From: an uncultured Candidatus Saccharibacteria bacterium
GTDB lineage: Bacteria; Patescibacteriota; Saccharimonadia; Saccharimonadales; AWTP1-31
DNA: 64,000 bases
Reading direction: 5' to 3'
Assembly: GCA_964409615.1 (NCBI GenBank)
Contig: CAYPDT010000003.1
Location: 24,576-88,575, forward strand
Of this stretch, positions 1 to 9,670 are shown in pieces. The notes under the pieces were generated by a model, which worked only from the letters and a program-made list of their open reading frames with translations, did not search any database and was not told the DNA's origin. How positions within the stretch are numbered: the first letter of the stretch is position 1; each line of letters starts with the position of its first letter. Made by a program: the position numbers and the translations under genes.

Positions 1-1
1 A

Positions 2-121
2 GAAAAAGAAGTCCTTGGGGACAAGGTGCTGGCAATTCGTTACAAGGCAAAGAAGCGTGTGCATAAAATCCACGGTCATCGCCAGCACAACGCCCACATC
101 AAAATCTCCAAAATTGCCTAA
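2..121 (+). CDS. rplU: 50S ribosomal protein L21 (bL21), 3' fragment; the 5' end lies outside the window
   Basis: Frame 2 is open from the window edge: EKEVLGDKVLAIRYKAKKRVHKIHGHRQHNAHIKISKIA*. This matches the conserved C-terminal K/R-rich ...GHRQ...KI... tail of L21. Confidence 0.8.
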   Translation, partial: EKEVLGDKVLAIRYKAKKRVHKIHGHRQHNAHIKISKIA

Positions 122-140
122 CCAGCAATGTCTTAATTGT

Positions 141-170
141 ACCCCTTACACTAAGGGGTATTTTTATTTG
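141..170 (+). terminator. Rho-independent terminator after rplU
   Basis: ACCCCTTA-cac-TAAGGGGT forms an 8-bp stem and is followed by ATTTTTATTT. It begins 20 nt after the rplU stop. Confidence 0.8.
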
Positions 171-271
171 TTAAGCACTAGCATTATGTAACTGGTACTA
201 AATGGCTAGTTTTGATTTATGGTTTGTCGTGGTGTCCGGCCTTTGCTTATGGTTTAATAGAGGCTGACTAG

Positions 272-1030
272 ATGAGTAAGATTATTGCAGTATTAAACCA
301 AAAGGGGGGAGTGGGTAAAACCACTACCACTATTAACATGGCTGCGTATTTAGCTAAACGCAACCACACAGTTTTGATAGTTGATCTCGACCCACAGGGA
401 AATGCCACGAGCGGTATTGGAGTTGACAAGCAAAATCTCGATACAACAATGTACGACGTACTGTTCGGAGCAGTTGATACGAGTAGTAGTATAAAAGAAA
501 CTTCTGTTGCAGGTTTGCATATCCTTCCATCGAATGCCCAGCTGGCTGCTGCCGAGGTGGACTTGGCTTCTGAAGCTGGGCGAGAATATAAACTCAAGCA
601 AGCACTTTCCGGACTAGAGTATGATTTCGTTCTCATAGATTGCCCACCATCTCTTGGTTTGCTGAGCATCAACGCATTAGCGGCAGCCGAGTCTGTGCTC
701 ATTCCTGTGCAAGCAGAGTACTATGCACTGGAAGGGCTCGGCCAATTACTTGATATTGTTCAGAGAGTTCGACAGGGAATTAACCCCTCCCTAGAGTTAT
801 TGGGCGTAGTAGTCACTATGTTCGACGGGCGAACCTCACTTTCTGAACAAGTACTGCAGGAGCTCAAAAAACATTTTGGTGCAAAGTTGCTAGAAACAAT
901 TATTCCGCGGAATGTACGTCTTGCCGAGGCCCCAAGTTTTGGCAAATCAATTCTTGAACACGATAAGTGGTCAAAAGGGGCGCGTGCGTATAAAAATTTG
1001 GCGAAGGAGGTCGAAAATCGTGTCAGCTAA
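272..1030 (+). CDS. parA: Chromosome partitioning ATPase ParA/Soj
   Basis: The N-terminus MSKIIAVLNQKGGVGKTTTTINMAAYLA carries the deviant Walker A motif. DLDPQGNATSG and the full 252-aa ParA architecture are present. An AGAGG sequence lies upstream. Confidence 0.95.
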   Translation: MSKIIAVLNQKGGVGKTTTTINMAAYLAKRNHTVLIVDLDPQGNATSGIGVDKQNLDTTMYDVLFGAVDTSSSIKETSVAGLHILPSNAQLAAAEVDLASEAGREYKLKQALSGLEYDFVLIDCPPSLGLLSINALAAAESVLIPVQAEYYALEGLGQLLDIVQRVRQGINPSLELLGVVVTMFDGRTSLSEQVLQELKKHFGAKLLETIIPRNVRLAEAPSFGKSILEHDKWSKGARAYKNLAKEVENRVS

Positions 1031-1886
1031 AACATCAAAACTAGGACGTGGCTTTGAATCGCTAATTCCCCAGAATTTCGACAATACTTTACTAACTGGA
1101 AGTGAAGAGAAGATAGTAAAGATGCCTGTTGGTGACCTCATGGCGAATCCAGAACAACCACGGCTAATCTTTGATGAAAGTGAACTTAGTGGACTGGCTA
1201 GTTCTATAAAAAGGCACGGAATCCTACAGCCTTTAGTTGTAACGCCTAATGCTGATAAATACTATATTATCGCTGGCGAGCGCCGCTGGCGAGCGGCAAA
1301 AATAGCTGGTCTTAAAACGGTTCCTGCTATTGTGCGTTCTAGTGAGCAGCTTGAACGTCTAGAATTAGCGCTTGTCGAGAATGTGCAACGGGTAAATCTC
1401 TCGCCTCTCGAACAGGCAGCTTCTATCCAATATTTACATGATCAGTTTAGTCTCGACTATAAAATTATTGGAGAACGCCTCGGTAAGGCGGCTACAACTG
1501 TCCAAAATACGGCACGCCTGCTGCTTTTACCCGAAGAAGCTCAAAGTGCTCTCAAGGCAAAACAGATTAGTGAAGGTCATGCGCGCGCCCTTCTTGCGCT
1601 TAAAGATAAGAAAGACCAGCTACAATTATTATCATTAATACTTCAGCATACATGGTCGGTGCGCCAGGCAGAGCGGTACGTGGTAGCGCACAGAGAGGGT
1701 GCTACTACTCCTACGGTTGCAAAAGCAAAAGTTGCGACTACAACTCCGCAGACTCAGAGGCTATCCAAAGTGTTGAGTACTCCTGTGGCGGTGCGCCGTA
1801 CAGCCAAGGGTGGTAAGCTGGAAATCTCCTTTACATCAGACGCCGAGCTGACACGCATTTTATCTGTAATTTCTGGTACGAAATAA
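1020..1886 (+). CDS. parB: Chromosome partitioning protein ParB/Spo0J
   Basis: LGRGFESLIP, the GERRWRAAKIAG box and an HTH region are present. I place the start at GTG 1020, 10 nt after AAGGAGG, overlapping the parA stop. The tracked ORF start at 912 would lie inside parA. Confidence 0.9.
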   Translation: MSAKTSKLGRGFESLIPQNFDNTLLTGSEEKIVKMPVGDLMANPEQPRLIFDESELSGLASSIKRHGILQPLVVTPNADKYYIIAGERRWRAAKIAGLKTVPAIVRSSEQLERLELALVENVQRVNLSPLEQAASIQYLHDQFSLDYKIIGERLGKAATTVQNTARLLLLPEEAQSALKAKQISEGHARALLALKDKKDQLQLLSLILQHTWSVRQAERYVVAHREGATTPTVAKAKVATTTPQTQRLSKVLSTPVAVRRTAKGGKLEISFTSDAELTRILSVISGTK

Positions 1887-1963
1887 GTATATCTGTAATA
1901 CAAATTGCAATACGCTACTTGCCATCTCTTGCCTCTAACTAATCGTCAGAAAATAAGCAGTAG

Positions 1964-2686
1964 CTAGAACTTTTGACCTTTACCGAACGGATATACACGT
2001 AAGGATAGCTTGCCAACTAAATCTTTCATAGGCACTGGCCCGAATGAACGTGAATCGAGTGATTGCGGGCGATTATCGCCGCAAACGTAAACAGAATCTT
2101 CGGGTACTGTGAGGTCGATATCACCACTAGTGGTAGTAATAACCTTACCATAAGGTGCTACTTCATCTGGTCTAAAACCTTCTGGGTTATCTGAATTATA
2201 GACGGTTATTATGCCGTCCTTAACTACGACACGTTCACCAGGGAGAGCAAGAACACGCTTGATGAGTTGTCGGGGTTTACTGCTGCCGAATTCTAGGCTA
2301 TCACGCCGGGTAAAGATAACAATTTCTCCACGTTTTGGCTGAAAGTTGTGTCCGGTTATTCGCGCTATAGTTCGGGGTAGCTTATATACAATTAAGCGGT
2401 CATGATTCTGAAGGGTGGTTTCCATACTCGGACCATCTACCTCATATGACTGAAATACAAACATAGTTAGACTAAGCGCAATTAATGGGGCGATAACTAG
2501 AATTGCGATAGTAGAAAAGATACTCTTTATGCCAGTCTTTTTATCGTTTTCGTCTTGGGTCGAAGAACCTTCACCCTGTGTTGAAACAATATTTTCTTGT
2601 AGATTGGGGTCGTTGTTTTGCGGTGCTTCAGGTGCTTCGGTAGCATCAACAATTACGGCTTTTGGTTGCTCGGTATTATCATCCAT
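1964..2686 (-). CDS. lepB: Signal peptidase I
   Basis: An N-terminal TM helix is followed by GPSMETTL (catalytic Ser), LIKRVLALPGE (catalytic Lys) and GDNRPQSLDSRSFGPV. Confidence 0.9.
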   Translation of the reverse strand: MDDNTEQPKAVIVDATEAPEAPQNNDPNLQENIVSTQGEGSSTQDENDKKTGIKSIFSTIAILVIAPLIALSLTMFVFQSYEVDGPSMETTLQNHDRLIVYKLPRTIARITGHNFQPKRGEIVIFTRRDSLEFGSSKPRQLIKRVLALPGERVVVKDGIITVYNSDNPEGFRPDEVAPYGKVITTTSGDIDLTVPEDSVYVCGDNRPQSLDSRSFGPVPMKDLVGKLSLRVYPFGKGQKF

Positions 2687-2790
2687 ACGTTCCTCACACT
2701 ATACTGCAAATGCTAATGACTGCCAACAATGTCACAAAATACCGAGACCTCAGCAAACTTTCAGTCAATTTGCTATAATTAATAAACGAA

Positions 2791-3546
2791 ATGGGACAAA
2801 TATCCGCCAAAATTAAACCTGCTGCTGGCTTTTCGCATATTATTCATATTGCATTAACCTGTTTGCTACCAACTCTTATGTTCGTATTGGTGCGACTTGG
2901 CTTTTTCCAGTTACAACTTGGGGTAGCTCTAATCATGCTCAGTAAGTGGCGTATGTTTGCAGTCAAGCCACGACACTGGTTTGCCAATATCCGTGCAAAC
3001 GCGGTAGATATTATCGTTGGCTTATCGGCACTTATCTTTATGATTCATACTGATTCCCAACTCTTCCAATTGCTTTGGGCGGTTATATATGGTGTGTGGT
3101 TGTTAGCATTAAAACCACGTTCTACACCTCTCGGAGTCTCGTTGCAGGCGTTCATGGCACAATCAGTTGGCTTAACGGCACTTTTAATTGCCTGGGGAGA
3201 TTCTCCACTCTTTATTTTAGTTATCGGAGCATGGCTTGTCAGTTATATGTCGGCTCGACACTTTTTTGCCAACTTTGAAGAATCTATGACACGCTTTCTT
3301 TCGTTGGTTTGGGCATATTTCTCAGCAGCTATGCTGTGGGTTCTTGGCCACTGGCTACTATTTTACGGCCCTGTAGCGCAGCCAGCATTACTGCTTTCTG
3401 TAATTAGTTTTGGGCTCGGGGGCATGTACTTCCTAGAAAAGTCCGACAGAATGTCAGTAGTTTTACGTCGTCAGCTAGTCTTTGTGATGTTCGCGGTTGT
3501 GATGATAGTTTTGACTTTCTCCGACTGGGGCGATAAGGCGATTTAG
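2791..3546 (+). CDS. Polytopic membrane protein, function unknown
   Basis: The 251-aa ORF has about 7 hydrophobic helices and TGCTATAAT just upstream. I recognise no family motif. Confidence 0.6.
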   Translation: MGQISAKIKPAAGFSHIIHIALTCLLPTLMFVLVRLGFFQLQLGVALIMLSKWRMFAVKPRHWFANIRANAVDIIVGLSALIFMIHTDSQLFQLLWAVIYGVWLLALKPRSTPLGVSLQAFMAQSVGLTALLIAWGDSPLFILVIGAWLVSYMSARHFFANFEESMTRFLSLVWAYFSAAMLWVLGHWLLFYGPVAQPALLLSVISFGLGGMYFLEKSDRMSVVLRRQLVFVMFAVVMIVLTFSDWGDKAI

Positions 3547-3579
3547 TACGCCACATTCAATAGATAAGGGGGGTATTTT

Positions 3580-4809
3580 ATGGATAACGAGACAGAGCCG
3601 ACAGTCATAAAACACGAGTTAATTAAGCCGTTAGCTGAGCCGGTTAAGGTGGCGTCGGCACCAATAAATAAACCCGAAAAACGCACAGGTAGTGCTAAGA
3701 CTGCTCTGTTGCTGCTCGCATGTTTAAGTCTGGGGTTCTTGGGCGGTTGGGCCGGTCGCAACAGTGATGCGAGTGGGACTAAGCAGACCAATCAAGTTCG
3801 TCAACAGATTGTCTCTAGTGAAAGCCAACTTATTAACGAGATTGCCAAGAACGTTGGACCGAGTGTTGTGTCAGTAAATGTCACCAGTACCGGTACTAGA
3901 AGTATATTTGGCGGCAGTGTCGAGCAACAAAGTGCCGGAACAGGTGTAATCATTAGTGAAGAGGGTATTATTATTACTAATCGTCACGTAGTACCTGCAG
4001 GTACTAACACCGTAAGTGTCACCTTATCGGATGGAACAGCCCTCAAAGATGTATCGGTAATTGGCCGAACAAGCGAGAGCGACCCGTTAGACGTAGCCTT
4101 CTTAAAGATTAATGACAAACAGGGTAAGAAGCTGACTGCAGCAAAGCTCGGTGATTCTAGTAAAGTTCAGGTTGGCGATAAAGTAGTTGCCATCGGGAAT
4201 GCTTTGGGTCAGTTCCAGAACACAGTAACTAGTGGTATTATCTCTGGTTTTGGTCGAAGTGTAGAGGCAGGAGACGAGAGTGGTGGAAATACTGAAACAC
4301 TACAGAACTTATTCCAGACAGACACAGCGATAAATCAGGGCAACTCAGGTGGTCCCTTGGTGAATATAAATGGTGAAGTCATTGGTATCAATACCGCAGT
4401 AGCGGGCAACGCCGAAAACATTGGTTTTGCAATCCCGCTAAATGACATCCAAGGCCTGGTAAAAAGTGTTCTGAAAGAAGGAAAATTACTTCGACCATAT
4501 CTAGGTGTTCGGTATCTTTCGCTCACAGATGACGTTGCGTATCAATACAGCTTAAGTGTCAAGAGGGGTGCATATCTAGCACCATCACAAGGACAATCGG
4601 TAGTGATTAGTGGTAGCCCGGCAGAAAAAGCTGGATTGAAAGAAAAGGACATTATCACCAAAATTGACGACGTTTCCATCGACGAGAATAATAGCCTGAC
4701 ATCAGTGTTAGGACGACATGCAGTTGGTGATAAAGTTACACTAACTGTTGTGCGTGACGGAAAAGAACAGAAGATTTCAGTTACGCTTGAAGCAGCTCCT
4801 ACACAGTAA
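3580..4809 (+). CDS. htrA: HtrA/DegP-family serine protease with a C-terminal PDZ domain
   Basis: TNRHVV (His), GNSGGPLVN (Ser), an N-terminal membrane anchor and a PDZ-like tail (GSPAEKAGLKEKDIITKIDD) are present. Confidence 0.88.
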   Translation: MDNETEPTVIKHELIKPLAEPVKVASAPINKPEKRTGSAKTALLLLACLSLGFLGGWAGRNSDASGTKQTNQVRQQIVSSESQLINEIAKNVGPSVVSVNVTSTGTRSIFGGSVEQQSAGTGVIISEEGIIITNRHVVPAGTNTVSVTLSDGTALKDVSVIGRTSESDPLDVAFLKINDKQGKKLTAAKLGDSSKVQVGDKVVAIGNALGQFQNTVTSGIISGFGRSVEAGDESGGNTETLQNLFQTDTAINQGNSGGPLVNINGEVIGINTAVAGNAENIGFAIPLNDIQGLVKSVLKEGKLLRPYLGVRYLSLTDDVAYQYSLSVKRGAYLAPSQGQSVVISGSPAEKAGLKEKDIITKIDDVSIDENNSLTSVLGRHAVGDKVTLTVVRDGKEQKISVTLEAAPTQ

Positions 4810-5605
4810 ATACCTGGATAAAGTCCTCGGTTTTAGTAAGTGTATAACCATGTTTTTTAGCGATAAAAGATAAATCTTGATGCTGAAAAAGCAGGCTCTC
4901 GGTAATCACGAATTTAGGTAGATTTTGGTATTCGCTAAATTGGCTAAAAAGTTTACGATACAAGGCCAGCCCGTCTTCGCCGCCAAACAATGCTAGTTTC
5001 GGTTCATGCAAAGCGGCTTCGTTAACTTCATAAGAGTCAGGTACATAGGGTAGGTTGGCCAAAATTATCGACCCAGATAATACTTCAGGCTCAATGGATT
5101 CGATAAGGTTGCCACAATAGGTATCAATCTGTGCGTGGAGTGTTTTGGCATTGGCATGCGCCACCTCTAAGCAGGCATTTTCGATATCGACGGCTATAAC
5201 CCGTGAGCCAGGCACTTCAAGTTTAGCAGTTATAGCTAGCGCCCCGGATCCTGTGCCAACATCGATGATGGTTGCAGTAGTGGGTAGTTTTTTAAGTTGG
5301 TCGATAATTGTTTCTGATTCTGGCCGCGGTACGAGCACATCATCATTAACCATAAAAGTCCGACCATAAAACTCGGCATGTCCACGAATGTAAGCAAGGG
5401 GGATGTGTTTTAGGCGGTCAGAAATTTTATTCGTCAGTAATGAAAGTTGTTCGCTGCTCAGTAAATCATCAAGATGGGCGAGTATCGATGCTCGGTTTTT
5501 ACCAAGAGTATCCTCCAGTAGTACCAGACAGTCTAAGCGGGCTGTTTGTATGTTGTTTGATTCGAGAAGGGAGGTGTTTTGGCTAAGCCAATTAGCTATT
5601 TTCAT
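4799..5605 (-). CDS. prmC: Release-factor glutamine N5-methyltransferase PrmC/HemK
   Basis: [10 protein letters not shown] (SAM motif I) and NLPYV (an NPPY variant) are present, and the gene lies directly downstream of prfA. I chose the start at ATG 5605 (MKIANWL...), which overlaps the prfA stop by 14 nt. The ORF extends to 5662. Confidence 0.85.
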   Translation of the reverse strand: MKIANWLSQNTSLLESNNIQTARLDCLVLLEDTLGKNRASILAHLDDLLSSEQLSLLTNKISDRLKHIPLAYIRGHAEFYGRTFMVNDDVLVPRPESETIIDQLKKLPTTATIIDVGTGSGALAITAKLEVPGSRVIAVDIENACLEVAHANAKTLHAQIDTYCGNLIESIEPEVLSGSIILANLPYVPDSYEVNEAALHEPKLALFGGEDGLALYRKLFSQFSEYQNLPKFVITESLLFQHQDLSFIAKKHGYTLTKTEDFIQVFTV

Positions 5606-6650
5606 CACTAATAATTTGTCGTTCTGCGTCTTGCAGTGCAGTAATGATGTCATCAATATCACCGCTCAGTGCACTTGGTATATTGCTGCGGCTATAACCA
5701 ATACGATGGTCGGTTATTCGGTCTTGTGGGAAGTTGTACGTTCGAATTTTTTCGCTTCTGTCGCCCGAGCCAATAAGCTTCTTGCGAGCATCGCTGAGTT
5801 GCTTTTGTTCTTCATCAATCTTGATTTGCAGCAATCGTGAACGAAGTACGCCCATGGCTTTATCCTTGTTCTTAATCTGCGACTTTTCATCTTGGCAGGT
5901 GACTACTAGTCCAGAAGGGATGTGGGTAATGCGCACTGCCGAGTCGGTGGTGTTTACGCTCTGGCCACCATGACCGCTACTACGATATACATCGATACGT
6001 AAATCGCTAGGGTTTATTTCGACATCAGTCTCTTCGGCCTCTGGCAGTACTGATACGGTTACAGTACTTGTATGAATACGACCCTGTGACTCTGTACTGG
6101 GTACACGTTGCACTCGATGTACACCAGCCTCAAACTTAAGGTCTTTGTATACATCCACTCCACGTACTGCAAAGATGACTTCTTTAAAACCACCAACTTC
6201 ACTGGGGTTTTCATCGATAAGTTCAACTTTAAAGTTCTTTGTTTCACACCAGCGGGTATACATGCGAAATAAATCACCTGCAAATAAACTAGCCTCATCA
6301 CCCCCAGCAGCACCGCGGATTTCTACAATAGCATCACGCTCATCGTTAGGGTCTTTAGGGGTGAGCAATTCAGCTAGCTCGGATTCGGTTGAAGCCTTTC
6401 GGGTGGCAATTTCACTCAGTTCATCTTTGGCCATGGCAGAAATTTCTGGATCACCGTCTTTACTGAGAAGTTCTGCTTCCTTTTCTTGCTTACGTAATGT
6501 AGATAAGCTATTAAACAAATCAATAGTCTTTTCGAGTTCGCTTTGCCGTTTAGCTAATTTAGGGTAGCGTGATGAACTAAAGATAGCCGGGTCTTGCAGC
6601 TCGTTCTGTAATTCAGCTAGTTCATTTCGGAGGGCTTGTTCTTTATTCAT
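5592..6650 (-). CDS. prfA: Peptide chain release factor 1
   Basis: The PST tripeptide ([13 protein letters not shown]) and GGQ ([24 protein letters not shown]) are present. Confidence 0.96.
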   Translation of the reverse strand: MNKEQALRNELAELQNELQDPAIFSSSRYPKLAKRQSELEKTIDLFNSLSTLRKQEKEAELLSKDGDPEISAMAKDELSEIATRKASTESELAELLTPKDPNDERDAIVEIRGAAGGDEASLFAGDLFRMYTRWCETKNFKVELIDENPSEVGGFKEVIFAVRGVDVYKDLKFEAGVHRVQRVPSTESQGRIHTSTVTVSVLPEAEETDVEINPSDLRIDVYRSSGHGGQSVNTTDSAVRITHIPSGLVVTCQDEKSQIKNKDKAMGVLRSRLLQIKIDEEQKQLSDARKKLIGSGDRSEKIRTYNFPQDRITDHRIGYSRSNIPSALSGDIDDIITALQDAERQIISDENS

Positions 6651-6662
6651 CTGTTCCTAGTA

Positions 6663-6700
6663 TAAAAGAAAACAGCCAGAAACATAGCTCTGGCTGTTTG
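6663..6700 (-). terminator. Rho-independent terminator after rpmE, read on the minus strand
   Basis: AACAGCCAGA / TCTGGCTGTT form a 10-bp stem (6671-6680 and 6689-6698). On the minus strand it is followed by TTTTCTTTTATA. Confidence 0.75.
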
Positions 6701-6713
6701 TTTAACGTACAAG

Positions 6714-7064
6714 TTATTTACTTGCTTCTGCTGCTTCTTTATCTGATTCAACGGTATCGCTGCTCTTGCGAACACGTACTTTGTTGGCCTTCTTCAGCGC
6801 AGCTTCTTTACGAGCAGCAGCAGCTTCTTGGCGAGCCTTGAAGCGGTCAACACGACCTTCTATGTCAATCATCTTCTCTTGACCAGTGAAGAATGGGTGT
6901 GATGCACTGCTAATGTGTACGGTTACCAGTGGATATTCTTTGCCATCGGTATATTTTACTGTTTCTTCGGTAGCTACAGTTGAGCGAGTCAGAAACATTT
7001 CGCCATTGTTGAGGTCTTTAAAAACAACAAAGCGGTAGTTCTTGGGGTGTAAATCTTTTTTCAT
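6714..7064 (-). CDS. rpmE: 50S ribosomal protein L31, type B (no CxxC), with a long charged C-terminal extension
   Basis: MKKDLHPKNYRFVVFKD...HPFFTGQEKMIDIEGRVDRF identifies L31. An alternative upstream start at 7085 (MYNHYLT-) has a GAAGG 7 nt before it. Confidence 0.85.
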   Translation of the reverse strand: MKKDLHPKNYRFVVFKDLNNGEMFLTRSTVATEETVKYTDGKEYPLVTVHISSASHPFFTGQEKMIDIEGRVDRFKARQEAAAARKEAALKKANKVRVRKSSDTVESDKEAAEASK

Positions 7065-7262
7065 AGTCAGGTAGTGATTATACACATCTGTTAGCCTTCG
7101 GTCAAGACGTTATGCTCCCTATGAGATAGCTCTTGTACGAACAGGGGTGGCATGTTACAATATGTTCACTATTTAATAAGCAGGTGTATAGAAAATCCTC
7201 CTTGTTTGCTCCGTGTAGGACAAATATAGGCAGCTATTCACCGAAGTGAAAGGATTACTACC

Positions 7263-7994
7263 ATGGCTACAGAAGTAGACATAAAACAACTATTAGCAGC
7301 GGGCGCGCATTTTGGTCACAAGACCAGTCGTTGGCATCCAAAGATGGCTCCGTACATCCACAGCAAGCGAGACGGTACTCACATCATCGATCTTACCAAG
7401 ACTGTTGATGCGCTTGAAGCAGTGCTACCATTTATTACTAAAACGGTATCCGAGGGTAAGCAGGTGCTTTTTGTAGGTACGAAGCGACAAGCCAAAGATA
7501 TTGTTAAGGCTGCCGCTTTAGAAGCTGGTATGCCATTTGTAACAGAGCGATGGCTCGGCGGTATGCTGACTAATAAGCAGACTATTGGTGAACGAATCAA
7601 GCACCTCAAAGACCTCGAAACCCGAATGGCAGCAGGTGCCCTAGATGCTAAATATAACAAGCTCGAAGTTCAGCGTTTCCAAGAAGAAATTGATCAAATG
7701 AACTTCTTGTATGGTGGCATCAAAGATCTCGCTGCTCGTCCGGGTGCAGTACTTGTAGTTGATGTTATCAACGAAGCAAATGCTCTCCGTGAAGCACGCA
7801 AGCTTGGTCTAAAGACCATTGCGATTGCAGACACTAATGTTGATCCGACAGACATCGATTTCCCAATTCCTGCTAACGATGATGCAATCAAAACTATTGA
7901 GCTCATCATGAGTTATGTAAAACAAGCCATTGAAGAAGGTAAAAGTAAGCAGAAGGCTACTAAGTCGGCTGATAAAACTGAAGGGGACAAATAA
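7263..7994 (+). CDS. rpsB: 30S ribosomal protein S2
   Basis: LLAAGAHFGHKTSRWHPKM and the full S2 architecture are present. A GAAAGGA sequence serves as SD. Confidence 0.96.
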   Translation: MATEVDIKQLLAAGAHFGHKTSRWHPKMAPYIHSKRDGTHIIDLTKTVDALEAVLPFITKTVSEGKQVLFVGTKRQAKDIVKAAALEAGMPFVTERWLGGMLTNKQTIGERIKHLKDLETRMAAGALDAKYNKLEVQRFQEEIDQMNFLYGGIKDLAARPGAVLVVDVINEANALREARKLGLKTIAIADTNVDPTDIDFPIPANDDAIKTIELIMSYVKQAIEEGKSKQKATKSADKTEGDK

Positions 7995-8590
7995 TGAACG
8001 TATCTATCGAAGATATTAAGCGACTTAAGAGCTTGTCTGGAGTTGGTTTGACTGACGCTAAAAAAGCGCTCGAAGAAGCAGATGGTGACTTTGATAAAGC
8101 CCTAGAAGCTATGCGTAAAAAAGGTCTAACCAAGGCAGAGAAGCGTGGTGAGCGCGAGGCTCGAGCTGGAGTTATCGGCACTTATAACCACGACAATCGT
8201 ATTGGTGTGTTGGTCGAAGTTAACTGTGAAACTGACTTTGTTGCCCGAACAGAAGGCTTTTCTGAGCTAGTTAAAGATGTTGCTATGCACATTGCTGCTG
8301 CTGCACCACTATATGTCTCTGCCGATGACATTCCAGCAGCAGATCAGGAAGCAAAAAAAGCTGAATTCACCGAGAAAGCCAAGGGTGAAGGCAAACCAGA
8401 GAACATGCTCGACAATATTGTCGAGGGGATGCTTAAGAAGTATTTTGCAGAACTATGCCTGGTAAACCAGCCGTTTGTTAAAAACCCTGACCAAACTGTC
8501 GGCGACCTAGTAAAAGAGGCAAATGCCCGACTTGGCGAGAACGTTGTTGTTCGTCGCTTTGAACGTCTTGCTCTTGGCGAAGTTGCTTAA
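7994..8590 (+). CDS. tsf: Elongation factor Ts (short form, 198 aa)
   Basis: IKRLKSLSGVGLTDAKKALEEADGDFDKALEAMRKKG (UBA-like N-terminus) and EVNCETDFVART are present. The start overlaps the rpsB stop by 1 nt. Confidence 0.95.
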   Translation: MNVSIEDIKRLKSLSGVGLTDAKKALEEADGDFDKALEAMRKKGLTKAEKRGEREARAGVIGTYNHDNRIGVLVEVNCETDFVARTEGFSELVKDVAMHIAAAAPLYVSADDIPAADQEAKKAEFTEKAKGEGKPENMLDNIVEGMLKKYFAELCLVNQPFVKNPDQTVGDLVKEANARLGENVVVRRFERLALGEVA

Positions 8591-8608
8591 GTAAGACTTT
8601 TTCCTATG

Positions 8609-8646
8609 AATCGACCACTAGTTATCTAGTGGTCGATTTTCTTTTT
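8609..8646. terminator. Strong hairpin terminator after tsf, overlapping the 3' end of the convergent ORF
   Basis: AATCGACCACTAG-ttat-CTAGTGGTCGATT is a 13-bp perfect stem followed by TTCTTTTT. The last 7 codons of the minus-strand ORF 8622-9455 are encoded by the distal arm. Confidence 0.85.
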
Positions 8647-9455
8647 GAAGCAACCCACAAAGCGCCCTGTACGATTTTTGATTTAGCACTAGGTATTTCT
8701 GTCGATTGAATACTTGAAGTCTGGTTTCTAAAATCTTTAGATAAAGTTGCCTTAATTCGGTCTTTTTTTGACGCTAGGCGATGAAGTGGCGTACTGCTTG
8801 ATTCAACAAACTTGCGCATACCATGCTCATCCATAACTCTCCCGTTCAACGTAGCGATATGATTGAACACGCCACTGACTATTTGTCGCGAAACCTCCAG
8901 AGGGGTAATCTCTAGTTCTTTGCAAGCATTGATAAGAAACTTGCCAACCATCTCTTCTGCTTGAGGTTGTCTGGTTTTACCAAACCATTTCAAATCACCA
9001 GTTAAAAGATGGATTATGATATTGGGCAGCTCATCAAGTCCAGCTTCTGACAGGGGTTTTCCAAGTTTTGTACGCTTATCATCGTCGCCTTTAACGTATA
9101 GCCCGTGCATACGTCGATAAGCATCGTCTGCTTCACGTGCTGCATCTTGTGTTTGTGTGCGGCCTTTGTACGAGCGAGATACATTGGGTAGGCCACGGTG
9201 GTCAGGGCCGAATACGCGGTCCCCTGCGTATAACAGGCCAGCATCAACACAGAGTTCAGCGACAGTGATAACACCCACACGTAGGGCATGTTTTAGGGAG
9301 TCCACCCGGGTAGGGTCGCGAAGAATCTCGAGCGGGCCATCGGCAGGTAATCCGTAATGCTCTTCAATAAGTTCATTCCATGAGAGTTCAGGCGAGACTA
9401 AGACAAGCTCAGGTGCTCCTAATGGGTTGATTGGTGATTGTTCTGGTGATTGCAT
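8622..9455 (-). CDS. Hypothetical protein (277 aa), orphan
   Basis: This is a long ORF with no motif I recognise. It is on the opposite strand to the surrounding operon and looks more GC-rich by eye. Confidence 0.55.
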   Translation of the reverse strand: MQSPEQSPINPLGAPELVLVSPELSWNELIEEHYGLPADGPLEILRDPTRVDSLKHALRVGVITVAELCVDAGLLYAGDRVFGPDHRGLPNVSRSYKGRTQTQDAAREADDAYRRMHGLYVKGDDDKRTKLGKPLSEAGLDELPNIIIHLLTGDLKWFGKTRQPQAEEMVGKFLINACKELEITPLEVSRQIVSGVFNHIATLNGRVMDEHGMRKFVESSSTPLHRLASKKDRIKATLSKDFRNQTSSIQSTEIPSAKSKIVQGALWVASKRKSTTR

Positions 9456-9670
9456 ATGGTAACTAATTCGTCGTTCGTCGACTCCTCAATTACAAAGAGG
9501 CAGCCGTGGGTTCGCTACTGGCTCCATATATCCCTAAGCGACCAATAATAGGATATACTTCAACGCTGACTGATTACAGATACATACAATAACATTATAA
9601 TATTTAATAGTCAATACTTACATCCGAGCCATGGGGCAATGGTATAATGATATAGAAATAAGGAGTTATT

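Noticed and set aside
912-1019. N-terminal extensions of tracked ORFs. These are parB from 912, murG from 61139, HAD from 50286, the Tat-signal protein from 55038, mraZ from 56050, UPF0104 from 40275, heliorhodopsin from 20576, prmC to 5662, sortase to 20621 and the methyltransferase to 40361.
   Set aside because: In each case the extension overlaps the preceding gene or a promoter or operator. The conserved family N-terminus begins at a downstream start codon, several of which have an SD or a -10 box at the right distance.
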